A DNA stretch of 64,000 nt. Origin: Octopus vulgaris. Taxonomy: Eukaryota. The stretch is from positions 96,534,001 to 96,598,000 of the forward strand of contig OX597818.1 of the NCBI GenBank assembly GCA_951406725.2. Direction: 5' to 3'. A program made the translations under genes and the position numbers. The notes beneath the pieces are model-generated. The model did no database searches, was not told the origin of the DNA, and saw only the letters and a list, made by a program, of their open reading frames with translations. Shown one piece after another: positions 1 to 10,975 of the stretch (the first letter of the stretch is position 1; every line of letters starts with the position of its first letter).

Positions 1-98
1 CAGTCATTTGACTGTGGCCATGCTGGAGCACCGCCTTTAATCGAGCAACTCGACCCCGGGACTTATTCTTTTGTAAGCCCAGTACTTATTCTATCGGT
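1..98 (-). mobile_element. SINE family C, 3' fragment
   Basis: Reverse complement of the tail (gaccgatagaataagtact...aaaggcggtgctccagcatggccacagtcaaatgactg) seen in the long copy at 57469-57875. Confidence 0.85.
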
Positions 99-99
99 A

Positions 100-592
100 T
101 ATGTACATGATTGTGAAATTTCGTGGGAGCATTGCTATGTGTATGTATTGTGAGTTGGAAGCGATATGAGCAACAAGTGTGAACGGTTCTTTAGAATTCT
201 AATGCATACAGCGCCATATTTTGTTAAGCGTTCGTGAAGATAATTCCCCAAAGTTGATAGCGTTATTCTTAGCAAGAAAATACGATGGAGGAAGGCATTA
301 TTTTCATATTGTACTGTAGTTTTGATGGAGTTGCAGTAGTGAGTAAAAACTTCTCATACAGTATTTTAACTGGTGTGGGAAACTATGCTCTTCACTCGTG
401 TTGCAACAGTGCACCTCAGTGCAAACTATTTGGAGGATTTTTAGAAATGAGATTTCATTCTGTGAGGAATACGAAAGAACACGTGCATGCGGATGCTTTC
501 CATCACCTGTTTAGTAGCCTCAGAGTATTTATGTATAAAGCAGCGGGAGATATGATAGTTTGACCAAAAGAACCGGCTATTGAAAGCAAAAT
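100..592 (-). pseudogene. Possible heavily decayed Penelope-like RT fragment
   Basis: Minus-strand patches FAFNSRFF and NSIKTTVQYENNAFL resemble the PLE RT motifs FxFNxxxY and SIxFTxExExxxxLPFL. Many stops and frameshifts. Confidence 0.3.
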
Positions 593-690
593 TAAATATG
601 TTTTAAAAAATGAATTTGGCCAAATTTGGACATACGGCAGTTTAACATAATAGCAAAGATATATGTATGTGTGTGTGTGTGTGTGTGTGT

Positions 691-733
<43 letters not shown>

Positions 734-766
734 TAAATATAATATGTGACAATTATTCGGTAGCCA

Positions 767-829
767 TGATAAAACTCCGAGTTTCGGATGTCGGGGCGGA
801 AACCCACGTCGCCATCTCTTCCGTTATCA
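767..829 (-). ncRNA. Minimal type I hammerhead ribozyme-like motif (core variant CGGAAGA)
   Basis: Minus strand reads TGATAA-CGGAAGA-GATG..CATC-C-GAAA-CTCGGAG-TT-TTATCA, giving a 6-bp stem I. Confidence 0.55.
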
Positions 830-899
830 GGCCATCAAAAAAGTGCTATGAAAATGACCGTTAAACAATTTCCCTGTGTTTAACGGTCATTTTCATAGC

Positions 900-958
900 A
901 TAACTGAAGAGATGGTGGCGTGGGTTTCCGCCCCGACATCCGAAACTCGGAGTTTTAT
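900..958 (+). ncRNA. Minimal type I hammerhead ribozyme-like motif (canonical CUGAAGA core, GUU triplet)
   Basis: ATAA-CTGAAGA-GATG(gtggcgtgggtttccgccccga)CATC-C-GAAA-CTCGGAG-TT-TTAT. Confidence 0.65.
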
Positions 959-1061
959 CATGGCTACCGAATAATTGTCACATATTATATTTATAGATAA
1001 ATTCCTCTATTCACATAATATCGCGATCTCTTTCATTCTTTTGTTGTCTTACCATTTCTAT

Positions 1062-1098
<37 letters not shown>

Positions 1099-1100
<2 letters not shown>

Positions 1101-1460
1101 CAATAATAAATCTCAGAGCGAGTTATAAACAGTAGCTACAACACATCGTGACGTATATTTGCCATTTAAATATGGCTAACCCCTAAGGGTGGATGCTACT
1201 GTAGTTTGTAGCCCCAGGAGGACACCTCCTCCCGCTGGCCATAGACACACTCACACGCCGATGACGGATCAATACACAGAAACTCGAGTCCGTGTGTATC
1301 ATAAGTTGAAGACGGGAAGGATGGCTTCCCTTTGCAAATACTGATAGGGCACAGAAAGTGTGTCTATGGCCAGCTGGAGGAGGTGTCCTCCTGGGGCTAC
1401 AAACTACAGTAGCATCCACCCTTAGGGGTTAGCCATATTTAAATGGCAAATATACGCCAC
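1099..1460. mobile_element. Palindromic element in (TA)n with a hammerhead motif in its loop
   Basis: Inverted arms of about 104 bp (1148-1251 and 1357-1460, about 2 mismatches) and a 105-nt spacer. (TA)n on both sides. Confidence 0.8.
1252..1296 (+). ncRNA. Minimal type I hammerhead ribozyme-like motif (CCGAUGA core, GUC triplet)
   Basis: CACACG-CCGATGA-cggatcaatacaca-GAAA-CTCGAG-TC-CGTGTG: perfect 6-bp stem I, palindromic stem III ACTCGAGT, weak stem II. Confidence 0.65.
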
Positions 1461-1816
1461 TATATATATATATATATATATATATACACTTTTATCAGAA
1501 TACCTGTTTATATGTAAATCATACAGATGTATAAGATATCTACACATGTATACGACGAATACACACACACACACATGCACGCGCGCGCATGCGTATGTAT
1601 ATGCATGCAAGCTAACTTGTGATACATTTTGCATTTTCCTTTATGTGATATATTTGCAGTCCATTCTTCCTGTTCCTTTAATTTCCATAAACATGACATC
1701 ATAGCAACGACTGCTTGTTTAGTCATCGTACACTCTCGCTGATTAAATATTTCACTTTGATGAACGAAATAGTGCTTTCCAGGTAAATGTATGCCCACTG
1801 GTAACAAAACACACAC

Positions 1817-1887
<71 letters not shown>

Positions 1888-1888
1888 G

Positions 1889-1980
<92 letters not shown>

Positions 1981-2008
1981 GATAGATAGATAGATAGATA
2001 GATAGAGA
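1817..2008. repeat. Compound microsatellite (GT)n(TA)n(TAGA)n, representative of dozens of similar tracts in the window
   Basis: Direct inspection. Confidence 0.95.
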
Positions 2009-2435
2009 TATTTTTCGCCAGTTTTAACTACGAGGATTCAGCTGTTACATCGACTGAATTGCTTGTTTCTGAATAATCTTGTTAATGATATACAATTCCA
2101 CAGACGCGAGTGACTTTAACATAACTGTCAGATAAAATCAACAAGACACTGGGTGAAATAAGGTTATACCTTTGAAATGAAGACAGAACTCAACCAACAG
2201 TGGAGAGAAAAACAATTTAAAATCTGAATCAGATATGTGATTCCTGGTTGTTTCCTCTATGCTTGAGCAATCGTTAGAATGTTATTACATCACTAGCAAT
2301 CCCACAGCTAAAGGCTTTCAAATTATTATTTGTACATATTTCTACCTCATTCATGATTCCAGTTCTATGAATTAAGCTCTTTTCTATACACACTCACAAA
2401 CACACATATATACACAAATGTATATACATATATAC

Positions 2436-2478
<43 letters not shown>

Positions 2479-2479
2479 T

Positions 2480-2889
2480 TTTATTTGTTTCAGTTATTTC
2501 ATATTTTTCAATCACTTGACTGCGGCCATGCTGGGGCACTGCCTTGAAGAATTTTAATCAAATGAATCGACCTTAATACTTATTTTCTTTTAAGCCTGGT
2601 ACATATTCTATCGGTCTCTTTTCCCAGACTGCTAATTTAAGGGAACGTAAACACACCAACACCGGTTGTCAAATGGTAGCTGGGGACAAACACAGATATA
2701 AAGAGACGCATAGATGATAGATATACATATCTATATATGACGGGCTTCTTTCAGTTTCTGTCTACCAAATCCACTCACAAAGCTTTGGTCGGTCCGAGAC
2801 TATGCCAGAAGACACTTGCCCTGGAACCATGGGATTGTGAAGCAAGTTCTTACCACACTGTGATGTGGTTGAGAAGCAAGCTACTTACC
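2480..2889 (-). mobile_element. SINE family C, internally deleted
   Basis: Similarity to the reverse complement of 57469-57875. Confidence 0.8.
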
Positions 2890-3118
2890 GTATATACTCT
2901 CCCACACACACACACATACACACACATACAAAGCCAGCTCAGTAGCTATATATATATACTGTTTAATTATACATTTCTATTTTGTGTATGTACTTATATG
3001 TTTCAGATGTTTCAGGTATTATGATTTAAGGTCTGTATGTGTGTGTGTGTACATGCGTGTGCGTGTGTGTGTGTTATGTATATATGTATATATATATATA
3101 CATATACATATATACATA

Positions 3119-3183
<65 letters not shown>

Positions 3184-4416
3184 ATCCAAACAAGAAAGCA
3201 CAAAAAGACACAACAACGCGAGGACGTGGAACAAATATAGTATTATTGGACGCTCAGGAAAGAAGGAAAGATATATATGTATGTAAGTATATATATATAT
3301 ATATATATGTTTGTATGTTTGTATGTACGTATGTATGTATGTATGTATGTATGTATGTATGTATGTATGTATGTATGTATGTATATGTATGCTGAACAGC
3401 ATCTTTGAGTTTTCAAGAAAAAGTAGACGAAGCATGGGACAAAGTTCAGAAAGTGTATTTCTCACGTTCAGAAACAAACATTTCTTTTTGACAAACAAAG
3501 ATACGAGCAAGTTCTTTTCCTGTGTAGAAATTATGATCATTATATTTTCTGAAGATATAAAGTGTTCATTCATAGAATGTGTAAAGACTTATATTCAAAT
3601 CTTTTTTTCTTTTTTCTTTTTTTGTATAAAATTGTCATAAATATGGGGAAATATGTGAACACTAGGTATTACGTGTGTGATTGTAACAGACAGAATGGCG
3701 TCTGTATCTCAGCTTACTCTCCCTGTGAATTTCTCAAAACAACACCTATGACAAAATGAGGGACATTATGCCGTTTTCGTTCAGAATTCTCTACATAAAA
3801 TAAACTTGTTTTTTACATTAAATATTCTGTGTGTGAGGGAACAGAAGGTTTGTAAAAAAAACTTCTCTTCCCTCTTTCTTTTGTCAAATAATTAAAAAAA
3901 ATATGCGATATATTCATTTTTCCTTGTCAATTTCAATGGGTTACTTTTTATTTATATTTATATTTTCATCGTTTAATTCACTCTATATTCTCATTTAGTT
4001 TCGGAAATTTTGTTTTCTTCATCGGTATGAAGTTTTCAAGGAACTTGCATTAATAAATAAATAAAAGTAAAAAAGAATACTTGAAATAATTTTTATTTCG
4101 TTGATAACAGCATTTTCCATTTTTTTCTGAAATCATATGTTGCTACTTTTACCGCGGTGATGGTCGTATTTGAAATGATTCTTAGAAACAAACAAAAAAA
4201 AGTATATATCACGTGAACTAAACGTAAGTGTTATTGTAACAAACGCAGGCAGGTATGTAATATCATTTTGTTTAAATTATTTAATTGATCCAAGATAGGG
4301 AAATTTTAAGAAATCGTTTCAGGTTTGAAAAGGATATAACCATTCATTGGTGCCTCGGACATTTTTTTTTCGAGAAAACACTTCCCAACCTACCATCCAA
4401 TATATATATATGTGTG

Positions 4417-4472
<56 letters not shown>

Positions 4473-4497
4473 GATGGATTGATTGATTAATTGATTG

Positions 4498-4532
<35 letters not shown>

Positions 4533-4680
4533 CTTGTTTGCGTGTGTGAGAGCGCATGTATGCTTGCATTAGTTTCGACTCACAGCACTTTAATTGAAAA
4601 AAAATGTGAAATATGGTGTGTCTTGAGTATTTTAGATCCGGCAGTACCTTTGATATTCAGCCATACGGGACTGATAAAAT

Positions 4681-4919
4681 GGTGCTAATTTGGCGTGTGA
4701 TCTACAAGGGAGATTACTTTAGGTTATTTTTTAAATCATTCTGTACATACTTAGTATTGTAAATGTATTTTTTCAAAATTTTTACTATTTTGATAATAAG
4801 AAAACCTTATAATAATTAAAGCGTTGATCACATAGAAAGTAACACTAACACAAAGTAAATTAAAAAGTAACCTAAAGTAATCTCCCTTTAAATTGTAGAT
4901 CACGCGCCAAAGTAGCACC
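4681..4919. mobile_element. MITE with about 55-60 bp TIRs and 8-bp TSD (GG...CC termini; possibly Merlin-like)
   Basis: TIRs ggtgctaatttggcgtgtgatctacaa..gggagattactttaggtta and the complement ending gtagcacc. TSD GATAAAAT at 4673-4680 and 4920-4927. Confidence 0.8.
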
Positions 4920-5435
4920 GATAAAATAATATATCATTCAAGTATTGGGGTAGACGGTATCGATAAACTCCCTCGCGTCAAATTCAATAACCTTATGCCT
5001 ACACTAGAAACTAGAAACGTTAACACATCAGAAAAGACAAGCTGAACATGATACATACCCAATTATTAAACATACGATACTATTTTTCACCTCACACGAG
5101 ACTAGGTACAGAGAAATAGAATTTTTATAAAACAAATTAATAAAAACGTATATTTTCATTTTCTTTGATAACGCCATCATTCCAAAACGATTTTCTATAT
5201 TATGTTTGAAATAAATATCACTTCTTTTTTTTTCTTTTGCATGTGGATGCCACAAATCTTATGAAGTTTCTCGTAAGTAGGTTTGCTAACTTGTGTAATC
5301 AGTTTTTATTTACGTCGCCAGTAAATGAGAAATATAGAAATATCACAGCTTCCGTTTTTTATTGCAAACTAAAAGAATTAACTAACTTCAGTTAAAAATA
5401 TGTTTTACATGCATAAAAATATAATCAGCAAAACA

Positions 5436-5619
<184 letters not shown>

Positions 5620-6030
5620 CTGTTTTGTACATGTTTTGTCTTGGTATAAAAGATGAGCTACAGCAAATATTCTGCCCAAAATCACAGATTTGCTTGTCAG
5701 TTGTTTGACCATAACCAGTTGAGCATGTCCTTTGGTGGCTGACAATACATGAATCACTGATCATGAATAATTCACCTCAGGAAACATGGATGTTTCGTTC
5801 GACATCCTTGAACAACCCTTATGCAAGGACCTTTTCAGTGGGATGGGCTACTCGACCTGATGAAAATTCATACGCTGTTTATCTTGATATGAGATTACCA
5901 CGTTGCGCACACAAGGTTGTGAAGCATGTTCCTGTTGTACCCTTATCGGATAAGTAGTAATGATGGGTATAATGGGGTTCGTATATTTTACCCCAGTGTT
6001 ACTTTGATGGCATGCACTGCTCTCTCACTT
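5620..6030 (+). mobile_element. Interspersed non-coding repeat associated with (TAA)n-type tracts, copy 1
   Basis: Long similarity to 53420-53955 (tgttttgtcttggtataaaagatg..cagcaaatattctgc..cacagatttgcttgtcagttgtttgacc). Confidence 0.75.
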
Positions 6031-6032
6031 AG

Positions 6033-6088
<56 letters not shown>

Positions 6089-6638
6089 TAAAAACAAAAA
6101 TGAGACAAAACGAAAATATGTTTATGAGATCGAGGGCTGAAAATGACGTGATATGCATAACATGATATTTTCTAGATTAACATTTGTTTTCATGATCATT
6201 TGAAATATAATAGGGCAGAATACGTTCAAACAAATTGTCAGCCACCTGCGAAAAGTTATTTATTTTAATTAGAATTGGTTAATGCTTAAGGCTAGAGAAA
6301 GAGTTTACTGCAGGTAAGACTGTTAGTGCCGGTCAGAAAATATTCAAATCCATACATCAAATTTTTATTTCTTTAATATATCTTTTTTATGAAAATACGC
6401 AATACGAACATGAAGATTAAATGGTGTAAATCATATATGAAAATGTAACGAGAAAATACACTAAGCATGTAAAACAAAACTAAAGTGGAACTGTTTTCCA
6501 GATTCAACCGCCCTCATAAATATACAAGCTTTAAAATACTTTCTTGCTTTCATTTAATGAGTGGCCAGTAATGACAGAATTTTCGACTGAATGCTTAATT
6601 AGCTTTTTTTTTCATTTCTCAATATTTTAAGACAGTTA

Positions 6639-7030
6639 AAGGTGGAGCGCTAGCAGAATAGGTAGCACGTCGGGTTAAATGCCTAGCGGCATTTCGTCTG
6701 CCTTTACGTTCTAAGTTCAAATTCCTTCGAGGTCGACTTTATCTTTTATCCCTTTCGGGGTTGATAAAGTAAGTACCAGTTGAACACCGGCGCCCATGTA
6801 ATCGACTTACCCATTCCCCAAAATCACAGGCTTTGTGCCAAAATTTGAAACCAATATGGCGAGAAGCAGGCAGAATCGTTAGCACGTCGAGCAAAATGCC
6901 TGGCGACATTTCATCCGTTTTTATGTTTTGAGTTCAAATTCCGCCGAAGTCGACTTTGCCTTTCAACCTTTAGGGGTCGACAAAATAACTACAAAATTCT
7001 GGCCTTATGCCAAAAATTTGAAATCAATAT
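6639..7030 (+). mobile_element. SINE family A, two tandem degenerate copies
   Basis: Head ggcgagctggcagaatcgttagcacg, B-box-like gagttcaaattcc, and central gtcgactttgcctttcatcctttcggggtcgataaa (Nin/Deu-like domain). Confidence 0.8.
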
Positions 7031-7086
7031 TTTAAGACAAACACTGCCAGCATCGACTTTACCTGTCATATTTTCATCAGTTTATA

Positions 7087-7385
7087 TGGAGGCGCAATGA
7101 CCTAGTGGTTAGGGCAGCGGTCTCGCGGTCGTAGGATCGCAGTTTCGATTCCCAGACCGGGTGTTGTGAGTGTTTATAGAGCGAAAATACCTAAAGCTCC
7201 ATGCGGTTTCGGCAGGGGGTGGTGGCGATCCCTGCTGTACTCTTTCGCCACAACTTTCTCTCACTTTTTCTTCTGTTGGCCTGCTCGCTTAGCCAGCGGG
7301 GTGGCGTCATTTAAAGGCTAAAACAATGCAAATTGCATTGTGACCAGCGATGTGTAGCAACATCTGATAGCCTTGTCGGTCACCG
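7087..7385 (+). mobile_element. SINE family B (tRNA-derived head)
   Basis: A box tgacctagtggtt and B box gtttcgattcc. Other copies at 33445-33808 (-), 38916-39385 (+) and 42150-42323 (-). Confidence 0.85.
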
Positions 7386-8579
7386 TGGTCATGGTGATAT
7401 GGAATGATACTGTGATGTCACTCTGAGCTATTACAAGCATCTTAATAGCCCATAACACCCTTAGAAAAGACATAAAATACACAAATTCCATTCCTCACAG
7501 ACTCGAAGTCAAGATGGCTAATAACGTGTTGATGGCTACCTGTGATTAAGAAACGTTCTCAGTTTATGTGAAAAATAAAGCAGTATGCCATAATAATTTG
7601 ACCTCACTAAAGTTAATGTCAATAGTAACTATTTGTTACTAGTAAATATTTGTGTAAAAACAGACTAGTTGTTCGCAATGTGCAGTGTCATAAATTGCAA
7701 TAAACAAACATGGTCAGATTGGTTCTTCGTTTCGTTTGTAATAAACAAACAAGGTCAGAATCGAAATCATTGAAAGAGAAAATAAACATGTTATATCACC
7801 TTTGTACTTCTTCCAAAATGATTGAAACGACCGACTAAATAACATTTTAGATTATATTATATTATCATCAAACGCTTTAGTCTAATTCAAACACCCGCCG
7901 ATCAGTCCAGCATCAGACAAAACATTTTGATAAGAAATAAATATTTAACTTTATTCATTTACTATCCTTGGTAACAGAGTAACTTCATAACATTCCATTA
8001 CATTTATAAGTATTCCTTCTAAGAAATAAATTTTATTATAAAATAAAACATAAAAATATACTCACGTTTTTTTCCTTACTGAATTATAGGATCATCTTCC
8101 TAGGCATATCCCATAACATCCCACACACAATCAAAACTCAGAGCCCTATATTGTTCTCGTGGGTCAGCCACGGTTGCACTACGACAATTTAATCAGTGTT
8201 CAGAAAGCTTGGAAAAATCGCTCACCGCCACCAAAAAAACTGGACAACTTTTACCCATTACTACAATTACTGTTAGGCTGTCAGCCATACCACGAAGGAT
8301 GCCTTGGTGTATCACATCGCTCAAAAATATCTCACCTTCCAATCTACAACCAACCCTTTAAGTCCTTTGTAAAATAATTTCCATATCAACTTTGTGGGGT
8401 TCTTACATTCATTTCTCAATCACGAGAATCCTGTAAATAGTACTCTGCGAAGAATGCTTTTTGCATCTTGTGATACTGTTGTGGTGAAATCCCGATGTCC
8501 CTGTGGGATAGTAACTGAACTGTCCTAAACCTTATAAGGGCGCATGCGTACTGACAGTGCAAGGTACAGTGTGATGTGT

Positions 8580-10355
8580 TAATCCTTGTGATTCTGTTTA
8601 AAATCCTAGTGATTCCGTAAAAGTAAGTGGTTTTATTGTATATAGTTGAAGGTCTCCCCTCGTGGGTGTACTTGCGATTATTGATTGTCGAAATTACTGT
8701 TATTGTTGTTTGCATACGAACTTGTTAAATTGTGATAGTTTTCTTCCAATTTATAGGAGATATGGAACAAGTATCAGCAAAAAGCCATTGTTATGCTGCA
8801 GTAACTGGCAGAGGAGTGAACTCTGACGCGCTGGATGTTCGTGAGGTGAAGGTGAAACCGAAGAAGAGTGTGAGAAATTGTTGAAAAGAGAAGGTAATAC
8901 TTTGAAATTAACACCACCAGAAGATCTAATGAATAATGTGACAAAATAACTGTTATATATAAATCACTGAAGGTGTCATCGAGAAAAATCGAAATTGCAA
9001 CCATTGAAGCTATCGAAGAGTGTTTAAAGAGATCAAGAAGTTCACCACTTTTATCACAAAAGGAAGAAAGTATGGCACAGTGGAGATGCGATTCGCGAAT
9101 TAAGAAGCAGTAAAGCACTCCACTGTGGCCATAAAGACGGAAGAATGGGTACTTTTGCCAACGTACTGTGGCAATCGCGTTGCCAGGGTAAGAATTGGAA
9201 AGGTACCCTCCAGAAATAAAAGAAACATGGTTGGTAGCGGCGATAATATTTAACATGGAGGAAGGTGCAAAAATACTTAAAGTGACAAAAACCAAAAGGT
9301 TAAACTGGTTGGGTTTAAAAGATATACAAGCGAGTTTAAAAGATTTAAACGCAATTGCAGAAGAGTTTGAGTTAAGATAGAATGTGAGGCTGAGGGTGGT
9401 AGTGGAGGGCAGGCCTCCTATATGCTACCAATATGGGGGGAAAAGGCCACATGAAGACAAGGTGCCCCTAGAGAGAGGAAAAACAACGGAGAGAACAGTC
9501 TGAATAACATGAGAAAGAAGTTGAAGTGGTAGAAGGAGACGGTAGTTACAGAAGAGGCGTCCACAGTGGTAAATAAGCGAAAAAGAAAAGAACGAGTAGG
9601 CTCTCCGCCGGAGAGACAGAAAAAGAGAAAGAGTATGAGAAGGAGGTTGAGAAAGAGGTGACAGAAGCGAGTGTACTAGGTGCACTAGCGGTGGATGAAG
9701 AGGAGGGGTTGGGTAGTATAGAGAGACAACAGCAAGAAAATGAATCATCGACATTAACCAAAATAGAGGAATATACAGACAGTGTGGAGACGCCAAAAGT
9801 GGTGCAAGGAAAAAACAAACAGGAAAGAAAACCGCAGAAACACAAATGGCATTTGGTGACATACACCAAGAGCACGGAGATAGAAAAAAAGAGAACAAAG
9901 TTCAAATCCATAATTAGAGTTAAGTTGCCAAATTATTATGAAGACGTAAAAGCAATTATTATAGATAAACAATGGTACTATAAGTTGAAGGAGATATTTA
10001 AAGACAGGATTTATCCACTCGGAGTCGAAGTTGAGTTTGATGAGCTGCCTCCCGTGGTGGATTATACAGAGTTGGAAAAATATGTAAACAATGATTAAAA
10101 AAAAGGAGTACGTAAAATTTCATTAAAAAACGATGCGAATGAAAAAGCAAAAAGGAAAGATTAGAAACTGACTGTAAAAACGTTCAAACGGTACTGCTTG
10201 AGAGTGGGGCTCATGCAGCCATTTCATCTTCACTTATTATTATATAACATTTTGCTCATTTCATCTGTTCTGTGTTTTTTGTTCCCACTGTGGTGTTCTA
10301 TCTGTCCTTGTGCTGTCCTCTCTATGTAATAGCCTGAGTGCTTGAATAAAGAATT
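8580..10355 (+). mobile_element. ORF1-only (HAL1-like) non-LTR retro-insertion with 17-bp TSD
   Basis: TSD ggtacagtgtg(a/g)tgtgt at 8563-8579 and 10356-10372. Decayed ORF with a zinc-knuckle remnant. Ends in AATAAAGAATT; no RT or EN motifs seen. Confidence 0.75.
8990..10098 (+). pseudogene. Disrupted L1/Tx1-type ORF1 (gag-like CCHC zinc knuckle protein)
   Basis: VVVEGRPPICYQYGG/KGHMKTRCP at 9396-9468 (CX2CX4HX4C with C>Y and a frameshift), between ORF pieces 9195-9380 and 9658-10098. Confidence 0.65.
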
Positions 10356-10495
10356 GGTACAGTGTGGTGTGTGCAGTCGCATTTGTGAAGGCAGTCGTAG
10401 AAATCGTTACTGATTTAGTTTTTGCAGTGTTACAGTGTAGTCTATACCCAAACTCAAGGATATAATAAATACAAGCACAATATTTGGAGAAAGAT

Positions 10496-10975
10496 TTCTT
10501 TTGCAAAATGTATGCAATGGAGCATATTACTACTCCACCATAACATCTGAGATCGAATGAACTAGCAGAACGCTTTGCAGACACGTTTAAGAGGGTGCTG
10601 AAAAGATTTAGGAATGAGCTACTAGCTGATACTGCATTGACGCAATTCTTAAGTGTCTACCGTATAACACCTAACCCCAACACCACTTCAGGTATGTCGC
10701 CGGCTGAACTAATGTTCGCCAGGAAAGTCAAGTCAGTGTTTGACAAATTCCTACCGGGAAGAAAAGAATAACTGGAGAGAAACACTGAAAATATTATAAA
10801 ATACTTCAAAATTGGTGACAATGTTTCTTTTAAAATACTGAAATGGAAAGGAAAGTTGGGAAGAAGGTATAATAAGTAAACGTTTAGGAAATGTAATGTT
10901 TAGGAAATATAAAAAGTCATATGTGGGAACACAAAAGATATTTAAACAAACTGAAAAATCGGTTTACGGAAGAAA
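10496..10975 (+). pseudogene. Gypsy integrase C-terminal remnant
   Basis: FFCKMYAMEHITTPP*HLRSNELAERFADTFKRVL...FLSVYRITPNPNTTSGMSPAELMFARKVKSVFDKFL matches the PYHPxSNGLAER and YRxTP..SPAELMFGR motifs; contains stops. Confidence 0.9.

Larger units (their letters stand above)
734..1064. mobile_element. Palindromic (fold-back) non-autonomous PLE-pLTR-like element
   Basis: Inverted arms 734-867 and 877-993 with a 9-nt spacer and a 17-nt indel. The right arm extends to 1064. Flanked by (GT)n and (TA)n; hammerhead motif in each arm. Confidence 0.8.

Noticed and set aside
7087-7160. tRNA gene (also at 38916, 33740 and 57469)
   Set aside because: The A and B boxes continue into a shared SINE body and no proper acceptor stem is evident; these are SINE heads.
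8060-8476. Coding-like minus-strand sequence upstream of the LTR
   Set aside because: Stops in all frames and no motif I can assign.
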